Source: Elsinoe ampelina (taxonomy: Eukaryota). From it: DNA of 57,392 bases. Made by a program: the position numbers and the translations under genes. The DNA lies in assembly GCA_010093995.1 (NCBI GenBank), contig ML992510.1, positions 861,127 through 918,518 on the forward strand, in the 5' to 3' direction. A model generated the notes under the pieces. The model was not told the DNA's origin, ran no database searches, and saw only the letters and a list, made by a program, of their open reading frames with translations. This document shows, piece by piece, positions 13,128 to 22,755 of the stretch. How positions within the stretch are numbered: the stretch's first letter is position 1; the number at the start of each line of letters is the position of its first letter.

Positions 13128-13491
13128 GCTGGTGGGAGTGAGAGTTGGCGATAGGGGGCTAGTGATGTACATAGATTGAAGGATGAGCACATATTTGACT
13201 TTGCACATCTGCTGCTATGTGACAGCATGTGGTAATCATGTTTGAAGCACAACCACATTCAACATAGCCGAGGCGGCATGAATGTTGCTATCCCCAGTGA
13301 GATGCTACCGTAAATGAATCCCCCCCCCCCGGAGTCCCAAGGCCCCACCAACAACGTGCCGGATCTCCTACTCCCCGCAATCCTCCCCCCAGATCACCGG
13401 CCGAGGGCCCTTTGTCCCCAACCCTGAGCTCAGCTTTCCCCCATCCTCCTCCAACCGGTCGGTCCCCAGCAGGGAGGAAGGGCTCAAGCAG

Positions 13492-16400
13492 ATGGCCGAC
13501 AAACCCACGTCCCCGGGAGTGGACGCGGCCGAGTCCCAAGACAAGAAGGCACCGAAAGAGAAGCGCTTCTTGTGCACGACTTGCCAGCGCACGTTTGCTA
13601 GGCTGGAACACCTCCAAGTAAGGATTGCGACAACCTCAAGTTTCCCGACCGATTCTGACCATAGTAGCGGCACGAGAGGACGCATACGAATGAGAAGCCT
13701 TTCCTGTGTAGGCAATGCGATCATAGATTTTCAAGAAGGTACGAATATACTCTTGCGACGTGGGCTGCCTCGACAATTGAGAGAAAAACACCGCGAAGAC
13801 TGCACATACCTACTAGCTTGTTCGAAAATGCAACCACGATCGCATATGCCCGCGGGGCATTAGTGCTAGGCTTCCAAGATGACGATAGCATGAGGAGGGA
13901 CTATACCACACCTATTGATGAAATCTGGTAGTATTTGCGAAAGACCCCAGCTATCCACCAAGTTATGCGACAGCCTTGATTATGCCGAACAATTGTGGTA
14001 GTACCTTCGAGGTGAAAATACCAACGCCAATACACCTGGTAGTACCTCAAGGCTACCTTAGTACCACCAGACCTACGCCAAGCATGCGACTCTCGACCTC
14101 ACGTGGCAATGTCTGGTAGTACCCAACTAACATCTTCCAGCGACCTCCTCACTCGACATGAGCGATTGTCACACAACGGTCAAAAGGTACCAGCACAGTC
14201 GGAAACGAACGGGACAGAAATGCAGCATGATACGAAGCCGAATAAGAGGAAGCGGACGTCATCGGTCATGACCATGCCAATACAACAGTCTCCTTCGCAG
14301 CAATTTCATGCACAGATGCCACCACCGAACATGGCAATGACACCTGGGGGACAGATGCCGATGATGGCGCCAATGGATACTCCAAGACCGTCTGTCGAGA
14401 ATGGCCATACTTACTCACTTGCCACATTGTCCATGGCGGCGGAGCATGCTGCGATGCAGGACTCATCCTATGTGCAACATCCAGAGATGCAATTGCACCA
14501 GGAAGTACTACCACAAGATCACCATCAAGGGCAAATGCAACAGCATGACATGAAATCCTTCGAGAGGCAACACTCCGGATTGCAGATGCAACAGGAAATA
14601 CTACCAGAAGATATGTCAATACAGGAGACCGATTTCGCGAATCACGATCCTTCTGGTAGGAATGATGCCCTCAGTGCCCACTATCCAGGGCTCGATTTTG
14701 AAGAATCGCTGGACAGTCTGGCTCACTTCATCGACAATGGGGCCCTCTCGAGCTATCATTTTGGGTCGATGATCTCAGCCGAGCAGCCAATGCCGTTCTT
14801 CTCCCCCTCGGAATCGCTTACTTATAGCGTTGAGCACATGCCGCCGATATTCAACAACAACCATCCCTCAGCGTACGATGAACAGGCGTCATTTTCACGT
14901 TTTGGATCACGATTGCCCTCGTTACAACCAGAAGAGAAGCCAGCTCACAGCCTACAACGCCCATTGCGGTCTCGTGGGATCGCAGATATATCTCTACAGG
15001 ATCGCGAAAGTATTATGCAAAAGCTGGCTCACTTTTCTGTCGCTCTACCACCCAACTTCGAGCTACCTAGCCGCCTAGCACTTTCGCGCTATGTAGCTGC
15101 TTACGTGAACGGTTTCCACGAACATCTACCCTTTCTTCATATACCGACCATGACGGCAGATAATACTGCCATAGAGCTTATCCTAGCGATGGCTGCTGTT
15201 GGTGCTCAATATTGCTTCGAAGGCGAGAAAGGGGTTGAACTCTTCAATGCTAGTCACGCGATCGCCGCCCATCGTATTAGGCGACGAGATGCCAGATTAG
15301 CCGTATTTGGACACGAAGAGTCTGATTCGTCCGACAAAATGACTGCATCCCGGCGTCAATCTGTGGCCATGGTACTACCAGGTCAAGACAGCACTGGTAG
15401 TACTTCTTCGCCGTATCAGCCCCATCCCAAGACCGGGCCATTAGGTCTGCCGGTCGAGGACGGCTTCGAGCTCCACAGAGAAAAGGATGATCTGGTATCG
15501 ACCGCACAAGCACTGCTCATTCTCATGGCCATGGCGACTTGGGCCAAGCACAAGGAGATCTTACGAGAGGCACTAGCCATCCAGAGTGTACTTGCCACCC
15601 TAGTGCGAGATGACGGCTTACGCGGAACGCCGCCAAAAGCCGATATAAGCTGGTCAGACTGGATACGATACGAAACTACGAAGCGCACCAAGTTCATCGT
15701 CTACTGTTTCTTCAATCTTCACGTCATTGTTTACAATATTCCACCTCTGTAAGTGCCATTGGGCAACGTCAACAGAGAGTGAGCTGACAGTTAACAGTAT
15801 CATGAACGCAGAGCTGCAGCTGCAACTCCCGTCTAGTGCCAGTGAGTTTCGTGCAGATACAGCAGCAAAGTGGGCCGAAGCACGACGTAGGAACCATACC
15901 GAGCCACTAGGATTTCAAGATGCCCTCGGAAAGTTGTTCGTGAGAGGCTGCCGGGAAGTGACGGAGCATTCAAGCTCGCTGTCCAACTACATCCTGATAC
16001 ATGCACTGATCCAACACATCTTTGTCATCCGGCAGAGTGTCAGATACAGGATGAATGGAGCTAGCGACCTCCTACCGGAAGATGTAGCCGCGTTGGAGCA
16101 AGCTCTGAAGAATTGGCAGCTTGGCTGGAGCCGGAACCCCGAGTCTTCTCTGGATCCGATGGACCCGAACGGGCCAGTAGCGTTCAACTCCACGGCTCTG
16201 CTGCGACTAGCATACATCCGTCTGAATGTCGATACTGGGCCCGGGCGAGCACTTGACACTAGGGATCCTATTCAGATTGCCAACGCGTTCCGAGAATCTC
16301 CAGCGTTGAAGAGGACACCGAAACTGGTTCGAGCAGTATTACATTCTGCCCATGCGCTTTCGATCCCAGTGAAGATTGGTATTCGGCTGGTGGCTGTCAC

Positions 16401-16737
16401 TCAGACATTCATCTGGTCGATCCAACATTCACTCTGCTCATTGGAGTGTGCTTTCTTACTCTCAAAATGGCTCGAAGCCATCTCCTCTCACAGCCCGGAT
16501 CCACCTGTCTCAGAAGATGAGCGCAGGATTGGACGAATCGTCCGAACAATGCTTGACGAGACCGAATTCAGTGTACCCAGTCACGTAGCGGTTGACAGTC
16601 CCGAGAGTTTCAAGCAGCTGAGCGCTGGTGTGCTCAGGGTATGGGCTACGATCTTCAGAGGTGCACAAACTTGGGCAATCGTGGATGTCATCGGCACATC
16701 CTTGAACATCTATGCGGACATGCTCGAGGCTGGCTGA
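13492..16737 (+). CDS. C2H2 zinc-finger transcription factor (Adr1/AmdX-type fingers) with a fungal-specific TF domain; introns 13618-13667, 13739-14140, 15749-15796
   Basis: Spliced fingers [52 protein letters not shown]; downstream YVNGFHEHLPFLHIPT and WIRYETTKRT...YNIPP are typical of Fungal_trans. Confidence 0.88.
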
Positions 16738-16814
16738 GTGGTATACAATTCTGCTACTGAAGCTCCTTCTTTCTGTCTTGCTATCTATCATGCTGTCAAG
16801 CACAGTCAAGATGC

Positions 16815-17930
16815 TCATTTCAGTGTCAAGTCCACTACTAGCTTTCCACCGCCTCCTTCGTGGTACTTCTCGACCAGCTCATTCAGCTTGTCGAGCGGAT
16901 AGGTCTGGAGTATCGACTTGATGTTGTGCTTGGCTGCGAATTCGACCGTCTCACGCAACGTCTTCGCAGTGCCGACAAGGCTGCCGATGATCTTGATATC
17001 CCGGAACACGATGTCCTGACAGGAGAACTGGAATCCTGCGGCTGGGAACGACACCACGACACAAGTACCGTGGTTCTTCACCAGCTTGATACCATAGTCG
17101 AATGCGCGCTGGCTCTCGGGCAATATCAGCACTGCGTCAACACCAGATTCGCCCCGCAGCGTCTTGCCATCCTCTTTACCCAACTCAGCCACCACATCCT
17201 CCCACTTTTGCGTCCTAGCATCGATCAACTTCGCTCCCGTCTGGAGACTCTCCGCCACCTTCAGCGGCCCATCACCAGCCTCTACACCAATGACCTTATA
17301 CCCCATCGCCTTTGCAAACTGCAAACCCAAATGTCCCAACCCACCACCACAACCCATAATCCCCACCCTCTGGCCCGGCTTCAACCCACACCTCTTCAGG
17401 GCATTATAAACCGTCACACCAGCACACATCATCGTCGCAGCCTGCGTATCCTCCATCCCCTCCGGCACCCTCGCCACCTGCCTATAATCCACAACCACAT
17501 ACTCCGCGAAACCCCCATCTTTGCTGATCCCATTACTCTTGCTCTTGGCACAGAACATCGAAAACCCCACCTCGTCACTATCCTCGTCCCCATGCTCGAG
17601 GCACTCCTCACACTCCCCACACGGCAGATACGACCGTCCAGGCACGCCGACGCGATCGCCTAGTTTGAGCGGACATGCCGACGAGGAGGGGATGGAGCAC
17701 ACCTCGCCGGCGAACTCATGGCATCCGATGTGTGGGAATTTGGGCGGTTGGGGAGGCATGTTGCCCTCTGCGATGACGAGGTCGGTGTGGCAGTAGGAGG
17801 CGGCGGTGACGCGGATCAGGATGTCGTAGGGTGAGGAGAGCGACGGGAGGGGCACGGTACGGAGGGTGTAGGGGGTGTTGTATGCGGTGAGGAAGTGGGC
17901 TTTCATTGTTTCGGGAAGGGAGGAGGACAT
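16815..17930 (-). CDS. Zinc-dependent medium-chain alcohol dehydrogenase (MDR, GroES-like)
   Basis: YCHTD, GCHEFAG, CGECEEC...FC zinc motif, MCAGVTVYNALK, GCGGGLGHLG Rossmann motif; likely start MSSSLPETMKA at 17930. Confidence 0.9.
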   Translation of the reverse strand: MSSSLPETMKAHFLTAYNTPYTLRTVPLPSLSSPYDILIRVTAASYCHTDLVIAEGNMPPQPPKFPHIGCHEFAGEVCSIPSSSACPLKLGDRVGVPGRSYLPCGECEECLEHGDEDSDEVGFSMFCAKSKSNGISKDGGFAEYVVVDYRQVARVPEGMEDTQAATMMCAGVTVYNALKRCGLKPGQRVGIMGCGGGLGHLGLQFAKAMGYKVIGVEAGDGPLKVAESLQTGAKLIDARTQKWEDVVAELGKEDGKTLRGESGVDAVLILPESQRAFDYGIKLVKNHGTCVVVSFPAAGFQFSCQDIVFRDIKIIGSLVGTAKTLRETVEFAAKHNIKSILQTYPLDKLNELVEKYHEGGGGKLVVDLTLK

Positions 17931-18374
17931 TGTGGCGGAGGTGTAGTGATAAGTGCGTAGTGGTCGTATAGAGTGATGCGGTAGTGCAGGGCACTGTAGC
18001 GTAGCTGATGGAATACACGACGTCCAAGACCCAATTCGTTGAAGCGGAAGAGATCCAAGTCGCAAACTTTTGGACATGTATGCTTTGGCACGAAGTGTCG
18101 AGCTGTCATCCAATCTACGTCGGTTCGATCGACAGCGACCCCGCGTTTTTGCGTGGTTTACTCTCCAAAAACCAACCCCTCACTTCCCCAAATCTCCAAC
18201 TTTGTGAAAGTCGAAGGTGTAGACGTTGAGTGAGACAACATCACGATGGTTTGTTTAGACATTTCTACCACCGACAGTATTTTTTCCAAATCATCTACTT
18301 TCTGGACATCGGTAGCTGTTTATCAGTGACATTTCTATACACAATCTTCGTGTACAATAGCAATAGTAGACAGA

Positions 18375-19466
18375 ATGGCAGACACCATCGCTTTCATTGG
18401 TATGAGAGGTCCTGTATGATCCTACATGCCCCGACTGATAGTTTCAGGCTTGGGAGTCATGGGCTACCCCATGGCAGTCAATCTGAGAAAGAAGATGCCT
18501 TCATCACACAAGCTTCTGATCTGCGACGTGAGCAAAGATGCCCTCGCCAGGTTCCAATCGGAGATGAAAGGCAGCGGCCCCATTGAAGTAGTATCAAACG
18601 GAGCAGAAGCCGTAGCACAAGCAGTAGGTTCCCCACGATACCTCATACCAGCAGAGCTGAGGCTCCACTAGGATCAAGTCTACACCATGCTCCCCGGGTC
18701 CGAAGCCGTCGAAGCCGTCTACCTCGACCCCTCAACAGGCATCATTCCTCGCGCCACGTCAATCCTCACCTCCAACCCCTCCCAACGTAAAATAATAGTA
18801 GAATGCGGCACCATCGAGACCTCCACGATCCTCAAAGTCGCCGAAGCAGCCTCGTCCGCCTCCTCCTCGCTCTCACCCCCAGACCGCCTCACCTTCGCCG
18901 ACGCCCCCGTCTCCGGCGGGCCCATGGGCGCGGAAAAAGGCACTCTGACTTTCATGGTGGGCGTGACGGCCAAACCCAGCTTCCCGGCGATCAAAGAGGT
19001 GCTCTCGACCATGGGGCCCGCGGACGCCATCTTTCTCTGCGGCGACGTGGGCGCGGGCACGGCGTTCAAGATCATCAACAACTACCTGTCTGCCATCACG
19101 TCGCTGGCGGCGTCGGAAGCGCTCAACATCGGCGCCAAGATGAACCTCGACCTCAAGCTGCTCACGGACGTGATCAACGTATCGGGAGGCCAGTGCTGGG
19201 TGACGAGCAAGAGTAACCCCGTGCCGGGGGTGCAGGAGAACGTGCCGAGTTCGAGGGGGTATGAGAATGGGTTCAGGATCGAGTTGTGCAAGAAGGTGTT
19301 GGGCATGGGGAGTCGGTTGGCGGAGATGGTGGGGGCGAGGACGGTCTTGGATAGGCCGACGTTGGAGGCGTTTGAGGAGGCCGCGGCGGATGAGAGGTAT
19401 AAGGGGAAGGATGCGAGGGTGGTGTATAAGTGGTTGAATGAGAGTGAGGTGAGGAGGAGTGAGTAG
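18375..19466 (+). CDS. Beta-hydroxyacid dehydrogenase (3-hydroxyisobutyrate dehydrogenase family), copy 1; introns 18400-18447, 18624-18671
   Basis: Spliced MADTIAFIGLGVMGYPMAVNL; DAPVSGGPMGAEKGTLTFMVG; catalytic KIINN. Confidence 0.88.
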
Positions 19467-19756
19467 ATAGGGTGGGGCTGGGGGAGGGGAGGAGAGTTTA
19501 CTCGCCTGAATTGCATGTTGTTCAAGAGGTTTCTATCTCGTCTGTGAAGAAAGCGTTGCAATGCCTGTTGTCTTCACGCAAGACATTCCACTCCGCCCGC
19601 GCTCTCAATCACACAATTCAGCTCCATTTAATCAATAGGATGTCGATTGCTGGTCGTATCATGTTAAAATCCCTTCCTGCAACACTAATTATCTATGATC
19701 TGTTCGTACCTGACGAATGATTACCCAGCTGCGAGGTTTATAAAAGACGTCATGAT

Positions 19757-19764
19757 TATATAAA
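19757..19764 (+). promoter_or_regulatory. TATA element upstream of the tRNA gene
   Basis: TATATAAA about 35-42 nt upstream of the mature tRNA 5' end, the expected position for Pol III TFIIIB binding. Confidence 0.5.
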
Positions 19765-19798
19765 TTATTTCACTGAGATTAAGATGAAAATTTGCACC

Positions 19799-19952
19799 AC
19801 CGATATAGCTCAGTGGGTAACTCCGAGATCCCCGATTTCAACTCATCATTCTGATTTTATGTAGATTGGTTAGAGCGTGTGGCTTTTAGTGGGGCCATTC
19901 TCCCCTATTCTATTATACCTCAAGGTTCAGAGTTCGACTCTCTGTATCGGTG
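19799..19952 (+). tRNA. tRNA-Lys(UUU) with two intervening sequences (19813-19864 in the D-loop; 19889-19916 at position 37/38)
   Basis: Acceptor ACCGATA/TATCGGT, D stem GCTC/GAGC, anticodon arm TGTGG-CT-TTT-A..A-CCTCA, variable loop AGGTT, T arm CAGAG-TTCGACT-CTCTG, discriminator G; 74 nt mature after removing both inserts. Confidence 0.88.
19813..19864 (+). other. Putative spliceosomal (GT-AG) intron inside the tRNA D-loop
   Basis: GTGGGT 5' end, CTGAT branch-like motif at 19851-19855, TTTTATGTAG 3' end; 52 nt, the same size class as mRNA introns in this window. Confidence 0.7.
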
Positions 19953-19956
19953 CTTC

Positions 19957-19961
19957 TTTTT
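19957..19961 (+). terminator. Pol III oligo-T terminator
   Basis: TTTTT 5 nt after the tRNA discriminator base. Confidence 0.7.
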
Positions 19962-20486
19962 GGTGGGAGGGGGTTTTCTTACCGAAAATTCCAAGTGTTG
20001 AGGTCGGAGGGACAGAAGGAAATTTGCTTGGTTCCATTTCACATTTCACGCTTCACCCTACCCGAATGACTTTATTACTTGAACGTCGATAGCATACACA
20101 GGGCTATAGTACTTCGGTTTAAACCTTGAATATGTTGAGTGTAAGGCTGTCAAATATGCAATGTCAAAGTGAGCAAATTTTTTATCCAGGTATAACTACA
20201 ACCACGTGTAGGCTTTAACATGAGAATGGCCCGAAGACGTAGACATCTCTACCATTCAGATTGGGGGTAGGGCCCCGCAGATCCCCATGCGAACGACATT
20301 CACCGGACCATGAATAGTACAGTCGTCTGTTCGATGAATTGTTAACCGACTCTGAATCCTATTTGCCGCTCATTACAGTAGTCGATTAACGCGCTATCTC
20401 ACGACATTACTTGACCGGCCCCAATCTTAGTTGAGAAATCGCGTCGCTACGCTCTGCTCAATCAGACGTAGCTTGCGACCCAATAC

Positions 20487-21526
20487 CTACTTCGAATCTG
20501 TCGTACCATTCGACTCAAGCTCTTGCTTCCAATTCTCGTTGCCGCCGAGATATCTGTAAACCACTCTCGAGTCCAAATCCTTGCAGTTCGGATCATTCAT
20601 CGCCTGAGTATAGGTATCCAGTCCTGCTTCACCAAGAACATTCTTACTGCCGACCCTCTTGGCCATGTCCAAAGCCAGATTAAAGTCCTTACGCATCAGC
20701 TGCACCTTGAAACCACCCGCATAACCTCTCGAGCTGGGTGCATTCTCCACCACCCCGGGACAAGGACAGAAGCCATCACAGATAGCATTCTGCGCAGTAC
20801 CAGCATTGTACACCTTCGCCAACACCCTCGGGTCAAGACCGCTCCTCATACCCATGTCAAGCGCCTCACTGCATGCTATCGCGATGATGCCGGACAGGTA
20901 ATTATTGCTCAACTTCGCGGCCAGACCAAAACTCGGTCCTCCGCAAGGGATGATCTGCTTGCCCATTAGGCGTAGCAGTTCTGTTATCCTCGGAATGTTG
21001 GGGTCGGACTCGGCGCATCCCAGGAAGAACGCGATCGTCCCTGCGACGGCGCCATTGACTCCTCCTGATACTGGCGCGTCGTAGAATGAGGCGCTGGGGT
21101 ATCGCTTGTTGATCTCCTCTTTCACTTGCAGGTTGGTTGCGGTATCGATTGTTGAGGTGTCGATGAGTAGTTTGTTCGATACGTCGGAGGCTAGGATACC
21201 CGTTTCTGGTGTGAGGTATACTGATCGTACATGTGCGCCTTCTGGGACCATGGTGAAGATGACATCCTGTGTTGGGTTAGTCTGGTTTTCGGAGCGTCAT
21301 GCAGACGACAGGACTGTTTGCTTACCGACTTGTCTGCCACATCCTTTGCATTTGCGCCGACCACTACTTTGTCCGGATACTGAGATGCTAGGTCTTGTAC
21401 CACATCTTTCGAAATGTCGAACACATGTATCCTGGTGTCTGCTGGTAGTTTCTTCGCAAGGTGGCCGGCCATAGGCTTGCCCATTAAACCAAGGCCGATG
21501 AAGCCGACTGTCTTGAATTCGGACAT
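20487..21526 (-). CDS. Beta-hydroxyacid dehydrogenase (3-hydroxyisobutyrate dehydrogenase family), copy 2; intron 21267-21325
   Basis: MSEFKTVGFIGLGLMGKPMAGHL; DAPVSGGVNGAVAGT; KLSNNY; GFKVQLMRKDF. Confidence 0.88.
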
Positions 21527-21905
21527 GATTACTGGCAGCACGTCTGCTAAGTCAGGATGCTAGTTTGCGAGCGTATAAGTTGGCGACAAGACAATTCTGT
21601 TTACCACGAGAATATTTCGCGAATCACTACTTGACGTAGGCCCCCTCTCACGACCGGGTTGGGGATTGGGGATTCCCCAATGCGACAATCCCCGCTGTTG
21701 GAGGCGTATTTAGTGCGGGGTACGGTACTAGGTATGGTGAATACCATCAACGTTCGCGATGCACCAGCCGGTCGGCTTTACTTCAGTCGACCCCTCGTAA
21801 TTCCTGGTACGACTACTTTGCCGACTTGCTTGAAGACGTACTCGACGGTGTAAAGACGACATCTCTGAGAAGCAGATTGAAGCATTACGCCATTCGCCTC
21901 CAACA

Positions 21906-22691
21906 ATGGCTCCGGCAACGACCGACAGCTTCGTCGCCGCCTCTTCCCAATTGACCTACGACGACGGCTGGGCTTCAATACAAAGGCTCTCTCCCGAGTT
22001 CTTCGCAGCAAGCCAACATCTTCTCTCTGTGCCAAAGAAGAAAGGTCATCTCACACCCAAGTTCCAGTCCCTCGTCCTCCTCTCCGTCTCATGCAATGCA
22101 ACACACATGTACCAACCCGGCACCCGGATCCACATACAGAACGCACTCGCAGCGGGAGCAACACGTGCCGAGATCGTCGAAGTCATAGAACTCACCTGCA
22201 CATTGGGCATCCACGCATGCAACATCGGCGTCCCCATCCTCGTTGAAGTGATGAAGGAAGAAGGCCTCTACGACTCCCACTCAATCGCCCAACTAGAGAA
22301 GAAGCTCGACCCAGAACGAGAACGACTAAAGGCCGACTTCACTCAGAAACGCGGCTACTGGCATCAATTCTGGGATGAATTCCTCTTCCTGGATCCGGAG
22401 TTCTTCGCCGCGTATCTCGAGCTGAGCAGCGTGCCCTGGACCAAGAATGTCGAGGGTGTTGGCGGACAAGGAGTGTTGAGTCCTAAGGAGAAGGAACTCA
22501 TCTACTGCGCGTTTGACACGGCGGCGACGCATCTGTACAAGCCTGGATTGAAGCTGCATATTAGGAATGTGTTCAAGTATGGGGGCACGCCCGAGGAGGT
22601 CATGGAGGTGATGGAGTTGGCAACGAGCTTAAGTCTGCACACTGCTAGTCAGACCGGGCCTGTGATAGAGGAGTTAACGAAGGGGAAATAG
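21906..22691 (+). CDS. Carboxymuconolactone decarboxylase/AhpD-like protein, two tandem CMD repeats, intronless
   Basis: Repeated motifs LTPKFQSLVLLSV...H...GTRIHIQNALAAGATRAEIVEV and LSPKEKELIYCAF...H...GLKLHIRNVFKYGGTPEEVMEV. Confidence 0.82.
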   Translation: MAPATTDSFVAASSQLTYDDGWASIQRLSPEFFAASQHLLSVPKKKGHLTPKFQSLVLLSVSCNATHMYQPGTRIHIQNALAAGATRAEIVEVIELTCTLGIHACNIGVPILVEVMKEEGLYDSHSIAQLEKKLDPERERLKADFTQKRGYWHQFWDEFLFLDPEFFAAYLELSSVPWTKNVEGVGGQGVLSPKEKELIYCAFDTAATHLYKPGLKLHIRNVFKYGGTPEEVMEVMELATSLSLHTASQTGPVIEELTKGK

Positions 22692-22755
22692 AGTGTGTCA
22701 CAACGAAGGAAATCTCCTTTCATGACTCCATTCACCAATCGCTGCTCTCCACTCC

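Noticed and set aside
17931..18113. N-terminal extensions in the ORF track for ADH (also ADE8 43800-44045 and exchanger 9972-10028)
   Set aside because: Family similarity begins at downstream ATGs; the extensions fall in promoter/UTR sequence
19817..19864. Alternative donor GTAACT (19817) for the tRNA D-loop insert
   Set aside because: Would leave a 13-nt D-loop with G15 opposite U48; the GTGGGT donor at 19813 gives the canonical fold
19877..20092. 71-aa ORF, which could make the GT-AG insert an ordinary mRNA intron
   Set aside because: Non-ATG start, no recognisable protein, and it overlaps the tRNA 3' half and terminator; an overlapping Pol II transcript cannot be fully excluded without RNA data
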